Source of the DNA: an uncultured Gemmatimonadaceae bacterium
GTDB taxonomy: Bacteria; Gemmatimonadota; Gemmatimonadetes; Gemmatimonadales; Gemmatimonadaceae
DNA: 64,000 bases
Direction of reading: 5' to 3'
Assembly (NCBI GenBank): GCA_963751275.1
Contig: CAVVTZ010000009.1
Location: forward strand, 64,001 to 128,000
A program made the position numbers and the translations under genes. Positions within the stretch are counted from its first letter, which is position 1. The number at the start of each line of letters is the position of its first letter. Shown here one piece after another: positions 49,603 to 59,639 of this stretch. Under the pieces are notes generated by a model. That model searched no databases and was not told the origin of the DNA. It saw only the letters and a list, made by a program, of their open reading frames with translations.

Positions 49603-49905
49603 CAGTGGCCACCCGAACGCCGTCATTGGTCACCCGAACGCCATGAGGCGTGAGGCGTGCGTCGAACTGACTGTGAGGCGTGACACGAAGCCCGAAGGCC
49701 GTGAGGCGAACCCCGAATCACGTACGTGGCGCCCCAAACTCCGTACGTCGTGAGTGTACTCACGGACTTCGGGGTGCGAGTCACGGCCTTCGGGTCGCGA
49801 CTCGCGGAGTTAGGGATTCGAGTCACGCCCCACAATCAGTTCGGCGCACGCCTCACGCCTCACGGCGTTCGGGGTACCAATGACGGAGTTTGGGTCGCTA
49901 CTCTC
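49603..49905. repeat. About 300-bp palindromic element (family F3)
   Basis: Shares TGAGGCGTGAGGCGTGCGTCGAAC with 33387-33720; centre GTGAGTGTACTCAC. Confidence 0.85.
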
Positions 49906-49913
49906 GCCCCTTC

Positions 49914-50842
49914 CTAGCGAGCGTGCGTCGGACCCGCGGACACATACCGATCCCCTTTCTTATCCAGCTTGTCGATCTCCTTCTCCAGTTCGTTCGCCCA
50001 CACTTCGACCCGCGGGATGGAATGCGGATCGAACTTGGGATCGAACGGGCTGCGCGCCGGGCCGCCGGCTACTTCGAGTACGGCAGCGTAGTCGTACGCG
50101 AGCACCTTGCCGGTCTTCGGATTCTTCCACTCGCCCTTCCACGCGAGCGAGCGCTCCTTGGGCCACGCCCCGAGTGGGAGGCAGAAGGTGAGCACCTTGT
50201 TGCCGGGAACGGCGGAATCGATCGCGAGCTGGCCGCGCGCGATCTGCTCCTGTACGACGGCGTCGGAGTACTTGCTGAGCTGCGCGTGCCAGAGCGTGTG
50301 ATTGCAGAGCTCGAAGCCGTGTTCATAGAGCCAGCGCACTTTCTTGAAGCGCCACGCGGTCTTCTGGCCGTCGACCCCGGTGTAGCCGAAGAAATTGTGG
50401 CCGGCGTTCGCGCCGCTCAGGAGGCAGAAGGTGGCCTTGTTCCCCCAGTCGGGGTGCGTCTTCTGGAAGTCGATCCAAATGCCGATCGCGCTCGTGGAGT
50501 CGATGATGAGCTCGCCGTTGCGTTCGATGTAGCGGAATTGCGAGGGCGAGGCATCGTCGAAGGTGAAGACGACGGGCGACAATCCCGCCGGCAGGTCGAT
50601 CTTCTTCGCGAGCAGATCGGAGACGTTCACCGGCCGGTAGCCGCGCTCGTACATGAATTCGAGATCGCGCCGGAAATGCTCGCGCGACACGGTGAAGCGG
50701 GCTTCGTAGGAACCGATCACGTGGTACTCTAATATCGGAATCCTTCCCATCTCGTTCGGGGGAGATGCTGAACGGCAGGCTGGTGGCTGTCGGCTGTCGC
50801 GAACACGACAAGCATCAACGCGGCGATGGACTTCCAGATCAC
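49914..50842 (-). CDS. Secreted polysaccharide deacetylase (CE4); frameshift near 50760
   Basis: PNEMGRIPILEYH, VVFTFDDAS, LCNHTLWH; signal peptide lies upstream of a C-run frameshift. Confidence 0.82.
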
Positions 50843-50943
50843 GGTCGGCTCCGAAATGAAATGAGGGCAGGGAACCATCCCCACCCCCAAATCTAAGTCG
50901 TTCGCCGGCGACGGCCGCCAGCCGCCAGCCTGCAGTTGGGAGC

Positions 50944-52173
50944 TTACACGATCCCCACCGATACGGGCGCGTAGCCCGGAAACACAGCAGGGAGCGGCGT
51001 CGCGCCGAGGTGGCCGGTGAGTAGTTCGTAGAACACCGAGCGAAAATCCGTCGTGAGCGCGAGATCGCGCCCCTCGTACAGCTGCTCCTTCGCGAGGCCC
51101 GGCCACTTGCCGTGCACCTTATGTCCCTTCACGGCGCCGCCCACCACGAACAGCGCGCCGGCGTGGCCGTGGTCGGTGCCGCCGTTGCCGTTCTGGCGCG
51201 CCATGCGGCCGAACTCGGACATCGACACGATCACCACGTCGTCCATCTTGTCGCCCAGGTCGGCCACCAGCGCCGCGATCGCTTGCGCGAAATCCGCGAG
51301 CCGCGCCGCGAGCTGGCCGGTGGCCGCGCCCTGGTTCACGTGCGTATCCCAGCCGCCCACATCCGCGAACGCGATCTCGAGCCCGACATTGCTCTTGATG
51401 AGCTGCGCGATCTGCCGGAGGTTCTGGCCGAAGGGCGAATTCGGATACTGCGCGCCGTGCTCCGGCGCGTAGCGCTGCGGGTCCGCCGCGCGCAGCATCT
51501 TCACGGCGTCGAAGGTCTCGGTGCCGGTGCCATGGATGAGATCCGCCGAGCCCGTGCGGTAGAGCGCCTCGAGCCGCTGCGCATCATCGCCCGTGGCGCG
51601 CACGGTGAAATCGTTCACGCTCGACATCGCGATCACCGGACTCGGCCCTTCGAGGATGCGCGGCGTTTGGGGCGAGAACGCCACCGCGCGGAAGGGCGAC
51701 TTGTTCACCTCGCATTCCGCGCACGTCCCCTTCGCCGCGAGATACCGGTTGAGCCAGCCGTCGGGCGTGGACTTCACGTCTGGCGTGCCCGTTTCCATGT
51801 AGTCCTGCGCGTCGAAGTGCGAGCGGGTGTTGCTCGGACTGCCCACCGCCGTTACCGGCGCGAGCATCCCGTTCGCCCAGAGCGGCTGCAGCGGCGCGAG
51901 CGACGGATGCAGCCCGAAGAACCCGTCGAGATCGATCGTCGCGTTCGCGGGGATGCCGATGGTCGGGCGCAGCGCGTAATACTCGCGCTCGCCGTGCGGC
52001 ACCAGGATGTTCAGTCCGTCGGCGGCGCCGCGCTGGAAGAGACAGATCAGCACTTTGCCCTTCTTCGCACCGCTGATCCCCTGCGCGTACACCGCCCGGC
52101 GGAGGAAGGTCGGCGACAAGCCCATCGTCACGAGCGCCAACGCGCCCGACTTCAGGAACACCCGTCGCCGCAT
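50944..52173 (-). CDS. DUF1501 family Tat-exported protein
   Basis: MRRRVFLK, FQRGAADGLN, TRSHFDAQD, GGWDTH, SEFGR, GGTDHG. Confidence 0.9.
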   Translation of the reverse strand: MRRRVFLKSGALALVTMGLSPTFLRRAVYAQGISGAKKGKVLICLFQRGAADGLNILVPHGEREYYALRPTIGIPANATIDLDGFFGLHPSLAPLQPLWANGMLAPVTAVGSPSNTRSHFDAQDYMETGTPDVKSTPDGWLNRYLAAKGTCAECEVNKSPFRAVAFSPQTPRILEGPSPVIAMSSVNDFTVRATGDDAQRLEALYRTGSADLIHGTGTETFDAVKMLRAADPQRYAPEHGAQYPNSPFGQNLRQIAQLIKSNVGLEIAFADVGGWDTHVNQGAATGQLAARLADFAQAIAALVADLGDKMDDVVIVSMSEFGRMARQNGNGGTDHGHAGALFVVGGAVKGHKVHGKWPGLAKEQLYEGRDLALTTDFRSVFYELLTGHLGATPLPAVFPGYAPVSVGIV

Positions 52174-52183
52174 GTCGCCCTCC

Positions 52184-54211
52184 TTAGAATCGCTGGAATT
52201 CCGGCGCGCCCAGCGCGAGCCCCACGATCTGCGCGAAACCGGTGAGATCCACCGGCATCGCGAGCACATCGCGTCCGCGGCCGATGCCTGTCTTCATCAT
52301 CCCGCCGCCCGCCTTCTTCGCGGGCGGCGCGCCCATCTCCCCGCCGCTTTCCGGCGCCGCCGCACCGTCCTCGGGCGCACCCTGTCCTCTCATCGACGCA
52401 TCGACATCGTCCAGCGCCGCCAGCGAGTCCGCCAGCGCCTCCGACATGGTGTCGTGCTTCGGCGCGTTCGCGAGCATCGGGTTCACTCCATTCTCCAGAA
52501 TGCCGCGCGTCTCGGGACCCGCCTCGCCCTGCAGGATCAGCGCGATCACGCCATCCACCTGAAGATCGTGCGACTCGCGCATCAACGCCGCACCCTGCGG
52601 CCACGCGGCGAGCGTCGCGCCCGGCACATGGCCCGCCGCCACCGCGAGGCCGAAGTTGATCCGGTTCAGGATCGCGCCCGTGTTGATCCAGCTGTCGCCG
52701 GTGAGCGGATATCCATCCGGCGCCTGATGCAGATACAGCGGCTCGCCCAGCCGCGCGACGATCTGCGCGGTGCGCGGCGTCGGGTCCGGCGCCGCGTCCA
52801 CCGCGCGCAGCGCGCTTGCCACCAGCCGCAGCGGCGACTTCACCTTCGTATGGTACGCCGCACGCGAGAAGAACTCGGGGCTCGTCACGATCACGCGCAG
52901 CGTCTCGCGGATGTCGCCGCCCGTCGCGGTGAACTTCGCCGCGGCCGCCTCCACCAGCGACGGCGGCGGCGTGTCGCTCACGAACCGGATCACCATTTGC
53001 CGCGCGATGTGCTCCGCCGTGTGCGGATCGTTCGCGAGAATGTCCAGCACGTGCTCGCCATCTTCCAGCCCCTTGCCCGCCGGCAGATAATGCCCGAGCA
53101 CCACCTTCGAGCCCGCGTCGTGCCACTCCGGATGGAAGACGAACACGCCCACCTGCCGCGGCTTCTCGATCGACCAGCCGGTGAACGCGCGCGCGACCTC
53201 GATCACATCCTCCTGCGTGTACCCGCCGTCCACGCCCAGCGTGTGCAGCTCGAGCAGTTCACGCGCGTAATTCTCGTTGAGTCCCTTCGCCGGACCGCGC
53301 CGGATGGAATCGGCGCCGCGCGGCGCCGGGGGAGGACGCATGCCCGGCGGCGCTCCGCCGCGCGAGCCGCCGCCCATGCCGCCGCCACCGGGCGGTCGCC
53401 CGTAGCCACCGCCGCCCGGCGGACGGCCGCCGCCATATCCGCCGCCGCCCTGACCCGGCGCGCGTGCCACCGCGAGCGTCGGTTCGTTCGGGTTCGCGCG
53501 GCTCTCCCAGTTGTCGAGATAGAACAGCATCGCCGGGCTCTCCGCGACGGCGCCGAGCAGGCTGCGGAATTTGCCGAGCGCATAAGGACGGATCGCGCTG
53601 CGCTCGTACTGCGCGAGGTAGTAGCGCTCGGGTCCCTTGCCGGCGAAGACGTTGAAATGATTGAACCAGAAGTCGACCATGACCTCATTGAGCTGCCGCT
53701 CGCTCACCAGCGCGCGCCCCACTTTCGCCGCCTGCAGATCGGTGAGCAGCTTTCGCGAACGCTGCGCTTCCTTCTTGAGGGCCGCCGAGTCCGCCGCGGT
53801 CGGCGCGAGGCCCACCGCCTTTTTCTGTTCGGCGCCGGTCGGGATCTCGGCAAGGAGCGAGGGGATGCTGGCGCTCAGCAGCGGGAACTGCGCGACGAAC
53901 TGGTCGGCGGCGGGGTCGGGGATGCGCGCGGGCTCGAGCTGGCGCGCGATCCACACGTCCACGCCCATGGCGCGTACGCTGTCGTAGAGTCCGGGGCGCG
54001 GGCCCCACGTGAGGCGTTCGATCGCCTGCTTGATCTGCTCGTCGGCGTTCAGCTCGCGCGCCGCGACCTGCTCGGCTGATGGCAGCGGGACCGGCGCCTC
54101 GGGAGCGATCTCCGGCGGCGGGATGGGCGGGGCCGACGCCGTCTCGGGCGCCGGGGCGCTCGAGCAGGCGCACAGGATCAGAACAGCCAGGATTCCTTGG
54201 CGGGTCATCAT
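52184..54211 (-). CDS. DUF1800 family lipoprotein
   Basis: FWFNHFNV, PAMLFYLDN, NENYARELLELHTLG, ARAFTGW; usual DUF1800-DUF1501 pair. Confidence 0.9.
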   Translation of the reverse strand: MMTRQGILAVLILCACSSAPAPETASAPPIPPPEIAPEAPVPLPSAEQVAARELNADEQIKQAIERLTWGPRPGLYDSVRAMGVDVWIARQLEPARIPDPAADQFVAQFPLLSASIPSLLAEIPTGAEQKKAVGLAPTAADSAALKKEAQRSRKLLTDLQAAKVGRALVSERQLNEVMVDFWFNHFNVFAGKGPERYYLAQYERSAIRPYALGKFRSLLGAVAESPAMLFYLDNWESRANPNEPTLAVARAPGQGGGGYGGGRPPGGGGYGRPPGGGGMGGGSRGGAPPGMRPPPAPRGADSIRRGPAKGLNENYARELLELHTLGVDGGYTQEDVIEVARAFTGWSIEKPRQVGVFVFHPEWHDAGSKVVLGHYLPAGKGLEDGEHVLDILANDPHTAEHIARQMVIRFVSDTPPPSLVEAAAAKFTATGGDIRETLRVIVTSPEFFSRAAYHTKVKSPLRLVASALRAVDAAPDPTPRTAQIVARLGEPLYLHQAPDGYPLTGDSWINTGAILNRINFGLAVAAGHVPGATLAAWPQGAALMRESHDLQVDGVIALILQGEAGPETRGILENGVNPMLANAPKHDTMSEALADSLAALDDVDASMRGQGAPEDGAAAPESGGEMGAPPAKKAGGGMMKTGIGRGRDVLAMPVDLTGFAQIVGLALGAPEFQRF

Positions 54212-54364
54212 CAGGTAGGACGAGTCGGGAAGGTGTTCGTTAAGGAGGTTCCATGTGCCGGGTGCCGCGTGCCTCGAAAACACAGAGGCCGGTTGCCGGG
54301 GAACTCCTACCCCACAACCGGCCGCCTGAGCCGTTTCGCGGCACGAGGAACGCGGAACGAGGAA

Positions 54365-55060
54365 CTACTCGTCCACCGTATACCCGACCCCTCTCACCGT
54401 CTTAATGAGCGGTAGTCCCTTGGATTCCCCGAGTTTCTTGCGCAGGTAGTTGATGTAGACGTCCACCACGTTCGTGAGCGGGTCGAGGCGGTGCTTCCAC
54501 ACGTGCTCGCCGATCATGTCACGGGAGACCGTGCGGCCGGCGTTGCGCACGAGGTACTCGAGCAGCAGATACTCCTTCTGCGTGAGCGGGATCTCCTTGC
54601 CGCCGCGCTCCACGCGCCGTGTGATCGGATCCACCGTGAGGTCACGCACGGTGAGGCGCGCGCTCGCGGTGACGAGCTGCGAGCGGCGCAGCAGCGCCTT
54701 GACGCGCGCGATCAGCTCCGCGTGCTCGAACGGCTTGGGCAGATAGTCATCGGCTCCCGCGTCCAGCCCGCTCACGCGGTCGGTGACGGTGCCGCGCGCC
54801 GTGAGCATGAGCATGGGGGCGGTGAATCCGCGCGCGCGCAGGTCGCGCGCCACCGCGTGGCCGTCCTTGCCCGGCAGGCCCACGTCGAGGATCACCAGCT
54901 GCGGCGCGAAGTCGAGCGCCGTCGCCACGCCCTGCTCGCCGTCCTCGGCGCGCAGCACGCGGTAGCCCTCGGCTTCCAGGATGCGCCGAAGGACCGACTG
55001 GAGATCGGTGTCGTCTTCGACTACGAGAATGGCGGCGGCGCGAACCGTTGCTTGCGGCAT
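54365..55060 (-). CDS. OmpR-family response regulator
   Basis: LVVEDD, ILDVGLPG, GADDYLPKPF, NVVDVYINYLRKK, IKTVRGVGY. Confidence 0.93.
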   Translation of the reverse strand: MPQATVRAAAILVVEDDTDLQSVLRRILEAEGYRVLRAEDGEQGVATALDFAPQLVILDVGLPGKDGHAVARDLRARGFTAPMLMLTARGTVTDRVSGLDAGADDYLPKPFEHAELIARVKALLRRSQLVTASARLTVRDLTVDPITRRVERGGKEIPLTQKEYLLLEYLVRNAGRTVSRDMIGEHVWKHRLDPLTNVVDVYINYLRKKLGESKGLPLIKTVRGVGYTVDE

Positions 55061-55139
55061 CGCGCATAACGATACGCCCCGCGAGCGGCACTGCAAGTCG
55101 GGCCGTTGCGCAGCTTGAGGCCCCGGCTAGACTACGGTC

Positions 55140-55586
55140 GTGATCCGCCAGCAGATACGGGACGGCGCGAGGGCCGGTGCGGTGGCCGCGGCGGCGACGG
55201 CCGGCGCGCTCATCGCGCTCGGCTACGCGCACGGCGCCGCGCTGCGGCCGCTGAACTCGGTGGCGCACATCGTGACCGGCAGCCGCGCCTACTATATGGA
55301 ACGGTTCGGCGGGATCACCGTGGTCGCGCTCCTCGTGCACGTCGTATCGGTGATCGTGTGGGGGATCGTGTTCGCCGCGCTCACGCGGAAGATCCGCGGT
55401 GCCGTGCTCTACGCGCTTGCGATCGCGTTCGCCGCCGCCACATGGGTCGTCGACTACCGGATCGTGCCCGACCGGCTGAAGCCCGGATTCGAGTCGGGGC
55501 TCTCCGGCGCGGAGATCGGCCTCGTCTATCTCGTGCTGGGCCTGAGCCTGGCGTGGGCGCTCGACCGGGAGCGGAACGAAATGTGA
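55140..55586 (+). CDS. Hypothetical 4-TM membrane protein
   Basis: Four hydrophobic segments, genome-typical codon usage. Confidence 0.6.
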   Translation: MIRQQIRDGARAGAVAAAATAGALIALGYAHGAALRPLNSVAHIVTGSRAYYMERFGGITVVALLVHVVSVIVWGIVFAALTRKIRGAVLYALAIAFAAATWVVDYRIVPDRLKPGFESGLSGAEIGLVYLVLGLSLAWALDRERNEM

Positions 55587-55697
55587 TGGTGACGGCGGCG
55601 CATCGCGCACTATACTGCGCGCGTCGCACTTTGCGATTGGAACTTGGGAACTAAGTTCCACGTCATGCGTTGGAGTGGTAGACGCGCGCGATCCGTC

Positions 55698-55713
55698 TGG
55701 CACCGGACTTGCT
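55698..55713 (+). promoter_or_regulatory. Sigma-54 promoter
   Basis: TGGCACCGGACTTGCT matches consensus TGGCAC-N5-TTGCW; upstream palindromes TGGAACTT-N7-AAGTTCCA and TCGCA-N3-TGCGA. Confidence 0.75.
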
Positions 55714-55780
55714 CTTGAATGAGGGCAACCGCGGTCGAGCCTCACTGAACGAATGCGCCGCGTCTGCAAGGAGGGGTGGA

Positions 55781-56296
55781 ATGGACTTTCTTGTCATGCT
55801 GGAGGACCCCGCGGAGAGCGCGCCGCTCGCGCGGGTGGATTCGGTTCCCGAGGGTGAAGCTTCGTCGTCGCCGGTACGTGACGTGGTAACACTCTACGGG
55901 ACGCCAAGAGTGGAATCGCTGGCGCTCGCGCTGGCGGCGGCGGTGGAGAGTCACCGCCGTGTGCCGGTGGGCAGTTCCGCGATGCATTTGGGTCTTTGGC
56001 CGGAGCGGGGCGCGGTGGGCGACACGGCGTTCCGCGACAGCACCACCGGCGAGCTCATCACGCGGGATCTCCTGATCCCGCTGGAGGTGCTCACGGCGAC
56101 GGCGGATGGCTTGCTCATGGAGTTCGGGACGTTGCTGCGAAAGCTCGTCGCCGGGCTCGCGATGCCGGACTGGCCCGAGGGAGCGTGGCGCGCGATCTCC
56201 CTCACCCTCCCGCGACCGGTGTTGGCCGGCGCCGAGGGAGCGCTCGATGACATGCGGCAGGCAGACCAGTTCACCTTCGAGTACGAGGACGACTAG
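55781..56296 (+). CDS. Hypothetical protein
   Basis: AAGGAGG SD, 171 aa, followed by hairpin 56324-56352. Confidence 0.55.
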   Translation: MDFLVMLEDPAESAPLARVDSVPEGEASSSPVRDVVTLYGTPRVESLALALAAAVESHRRVPVGSSAMHLGLWPERGAVGDTAFRDSTTGELITRDLLIPLEVLTATADGLLMEFGTLLRKLVAGLAMPDWPEGAWRAISLTLPRPVLAGAEGALDDMRQADQFTFEYEDD

Positions 56297-56436
56297 CGAG
56301 TCATTCCGCGTCAGAGCGTGTCCGCGGGGGGCGTCGATGTGACGCCCCCCGCGTTGCATCGGTTCATCGCGCGGGTCCGGCGGGCGGCTTGCTCCATCCT
56401 GGCGGCGGAGAGCTCGAACCGCTTCGAGCCTCGGGG

Positions 56437-56870
56437 GTTCATCGCGCGGGTCCGGCGGGCGGCGCACTCCCTCGCAGCGGCCGACGCTCAAACCGCTTCG
56501 AGCCTCGCGCACACTACGCGCGAGTCTCTCGCTTTTCGCTGAGGCCGCGCTCGGGAGCGCGCCGCCCGCCTGGGGATCGAGAACGGCGATCCGCTGGCGG
56601 GACGATCTCACCGCGCGCTCACATTGTCGCCAGGCGCGCAAGCCCGTGTTCCTCTGCTGCACCGAGCGCGCGGGGGGCGCGCTCGACTTGAAAGCGCGCG
56701 CGCTTTGGCTCCTTGGGTGGGTCGTGATCGACGCAGGGAGCGGGGCCGCTGCCAGCGCGGCCGCCTCAGCGAAAAGCGAGAGACTCGCGCGCAGTTCGCG
56801 CGAGGCTCGAAGCGGTTTGAGCGTCGGCGGCCAAGCGGCGGCGGTCCCGCGACCGGCGCCACGATGGCAA
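56437..56870. repeat. About 430-bp structured palindromic element (family F4), copy A; truncated extra copy at 56362-56432
   Basis: Arms 56480-56546 and 56763-56828 are inverted repeats; colinear with 58356-58765. Confidence 0.85.
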
Positions 56871-56942
56871 CCACTCACGCGCGCCGCGTGACTAAGTTTC
56901 GCGAGCATCACCCGCATCATCCTCCCGAACTCCGAGATCCCC

Positions 56943-58350
56943 ATGCGCCTGTACGTTTCTCTTGCCGGCGTAGTCGGCATCGCGCTCATCGGTTCCGCGC
57001 TCGGCGCACAATCCGTCGTCGTGAACGGCGCCCAGGCCGTCGCGGCCGATTCGGCGCTGCGATCGCTGGAGAAGGAGGGATTCTCCGGCGTCGTCCTCGT
57101 GGTCAACAAGGGTACGGTGGTACTGCGGAAGGGATACGGCCTCGCGGTGCGCGAGCGGAGAGTGCCGTTCAGGCCGGGCACCGTCGTGCAGATCGGCTCC
57201 AACACCAAGGATTTCACCGCCGTCGCGATCCTGCAGCTGCAGGAGCAGGGGAAGCTGCGGGTGACCGATTCACTGGGCCACTTCTTTCCGCAGGCGCCGG
57301 CGGACAAGCGCGGGATCACGCTCATGCAGCTCATGAAGCATTCGTCGGGCTTCGAGCCGAATCTCGCCGGCGGCGATTTCCGGGCGCTCGAGCGCGACCA
57401 GTTCCTGGCGCTCGCCTTCGCGTCCAAACTCCTCTATACGCCGGGGCAGGGCGAGCGGTACTCGAATCTGGGGTACTCCATGCTGGCGGCGGTGATCGAA
57501 GTGGTCACCGGCGATTCGTACGGCACGTTCCTCCAGAGGAACATTCTGGCAGCCGCTGCACATGGAGCGGACGGGGCTGCTCTTCCCGAAGTACGACACT
57601 GCGGCGATGGCGCACGGATACAACGGGTCGCAGGACGAAGGGACGATGCTCGACAAGCCCCACGCGAAGGACGGTCCGTACTGGAACCTGCGCGGCAACG
57701 GCGGCTACCTGTCGACCGTGGACGAGATGTACCACTTCTACGATGTGCTCTTCCACACCGACTCGCTGCTGCGTCCGGGGGAGCGCGACCTCAAGTTCCC
57801 GCCGAACCAGCCGATGATCCTGGCCGGGTCGGACATGATCAATTTCTTCCTGTACAATCTCGAGCCGATGCAGGGGATCACGATGATCCTCGCGTCGAAC
57901 GCGAGCGATTTCCCGGCGCCGCGTGCGCGCGACGCGATCGCGCCGATCTTCGGCCTGCCGGTGCCGAACGGGCGGCGCATTGGGAAGGGCGGCGGCGCAC
58001 CCGTGGCGGGCGCCGCAGCGATCGCGCTGCCCGACACGCCAGCGGGACGGCGGGCCCAGGAGTACGTCGCGATGTTCAATCGCGGCGACTCGGCGGCGGC
58101 CGTGGCGTTCATCGGGTCAGCGATGGCGCCGAATCCCGAAGACAAACGGACCCCGGAGCAGCGCGCCGGCGCCATGCGCACCATGCGCGGCCGCCTCGGC
58201 GCGATGACGCCGACCGCGGTCGTGTCGCAGAGTCCCACGGAGATCGTGTTCACCGTGCGCGCGGAGAACGAGCCGTCGGCGACGATCACGATGAACATCG
58301 AGGCGAGCGCGCCATATCGGATCACCGGGCTGCGGCTCATGGTGGAGTAG
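56943..58350 (+). CDS. Secreted serine hydrolase (beta-lactamase/AmpC-like); frameshift near 57555
   Basis: IGSNTK (SxxK), YSNLGY (YxN), GNGGYLST; extra C-terminal domain. Confidence 0.85.
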
Positions 58351-58355
58351 GCCGA

Positions 58356-58765
58356 GTTCATCGCGCGGGTCCGGCGGGCGGCGGGCTCCCTCGCAGCGGC
58401 CGACGCTCGAACCGCTTCGAGCCTCGCGGCTGAACGGCGCCGCGAGTCTCTCGCTTCTCGCTGAGGCCGCGCTCTGGAGCCCGCCGCCCGCCTGGGGATC
58501 GTGAACTGCGTTCCGCCGGCGGGCCGATCTTCCTTCGCGCTCACATTTTGGGCGGGCGCGCAAGCCCGTCTCTCTCTGCTGGAAGCAGCGATCACGCGCG
58601 CGAGCTCCCCGAGCAAGTCTTGATCAATGCAGGGAGCGGGGCCGCCGCCAGCGCGGCCGCCTCAGCGAAAAGCGAGAGACTCGCGCGTCGTTCGCGCGAG
58701 GCTCGAAGCGGTTTGAGCGTCGGCGGCCAAGCGGCGGCGGTCCCGCGACCGGCGACGCGATGGCA
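58356..58765. repeat. Family F4 element, copy B
   Basis: Colinear direct copy of 56437-56870 with a variable central part. Confidence 0.85.
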
Positions 58766-58846
58766 CGAATGTGCAAGCGGAACCAAGATGATCGTCTTAC
58801 GGGAACGCCTGATCGTGCGCATTCTCGTAGGCAACCGGAGGTCGTC

Positions 58847-59557
58847 ATGAAACGCTATCTGCTCGCACTGCTCTCCCTTCCAGCCGCGATCTCGGCGCAG
58901 ACCGCCGCGACGCCGACGCCGACCTCGATCAGTGTCGGCAGCCGCGCCGAGGTTCGCATACCGGCGGACCACGCGACGCTCGTCATTGCCGTGGAGACGC
59001 GGGCGCCCACTGCCGCCGCGGCGGCGTCCGACAACGCGCGCATCAACAACGCGGTGCTGGCGGCGCTCAAGGGCGCCGGAGTCGAACAATCGCAGATCGG
59101 GAGCGCGGGCTACATCGTGCGCCAGAACTGGCGATACGACAATCCGACCCGCCAGCAAAAGCTCGACGGCTACATCGCCGAGAATTCCATTCGCCTCGAG
59201 ATCTCGAAGCTGGACCGGATCGGCGCGTACATCGATACCGCGCTCGCCGCCGGCGCCACGCGCGCGAGCGACCTTTCGTTCAGCGCCACCGCCAGCGAGC
59301 AGGCGCGCCACACCGCGCTCGCCAACGCAATGAGCATTGCGCGCGGCGATGCCGCCGTGATAGCGAAGTCCGCCGGCGGATCGCTCGGCCGCCTGCTGGA
59401 CGCCAACTCGATGACGATGACCCCCATGCCCCAGATGCGCATGGAGGCCGCCGTGAGCATTAGGTCCGAAGCCGCCAGTGAGCCGACCACGATCCTCCCG
59501 CGCGAGATCATCGTGGCCGCCACCGTCAACACGCGCTGGCAAGTCGACTTCCCATGA
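58847..59557 (+). CDS. SIMPL (DUF541) domain protein
   Basis: Signal peptide, ISVGSRAEVRIPADHATL, IDTALAAGA, AKSAGGSLG; GGAGG SD. Confidence 0.88.
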   Translation: MKRYLLALLSLPAAISAQTAATPTPTSISVGSRAEVRIPADHATLVIAVETRAPTAAAAASDNARINNAVLAALKGAGVEQSQIGSAGYIVRQNWRYDNPTRQQKLDGYIAENSIRLEISKLDRIGAYIDTALAAGATRASDLSFSATASEQARHTALANAMSIARGDAAVIAKSAGGSLGRLLDANSMTMTPMPQMRMEAAVSIRSEAASEPTTILPREIIVAATVNTRWQVDFP

Positions 59558-59639
59558 CCGCCGTTCAGCCCGTGCGGAGGCATTGGAGTAGCGTGTAGGG
59601 GCTCCTCGTGGAATCGGCGTCGCGCCCGCCACCCCCGGC

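Noticed and set aside
3320..57560. Many frameshifts (cupredoxin, metK, sucA, both ABC systems, MFS, yyaL, PHP, deacetylase, serine hydrolase) as pseudogenes or programmed frameshifting
   Set aside because: They hit essential genes, are single-base indels without other decay or shared slippery motifs, and are best explained as long-read consensus errors.
56943..58350. Antibiotic-resistance beta-lactamase (and tetA call for the MFS)
   Set aside because: Only family-level motifs are present; the KTG/HxG triad is atypical, and substrate cannot be inferred from sequence.
58761..58776. Sigma-54 promoter TGGCACGAATGTGCA before the SIMPL gene
   Set aside because: GG-to-GC spacing is 9 rather than 10 nt, and the site overlaps the F4 repeat end.
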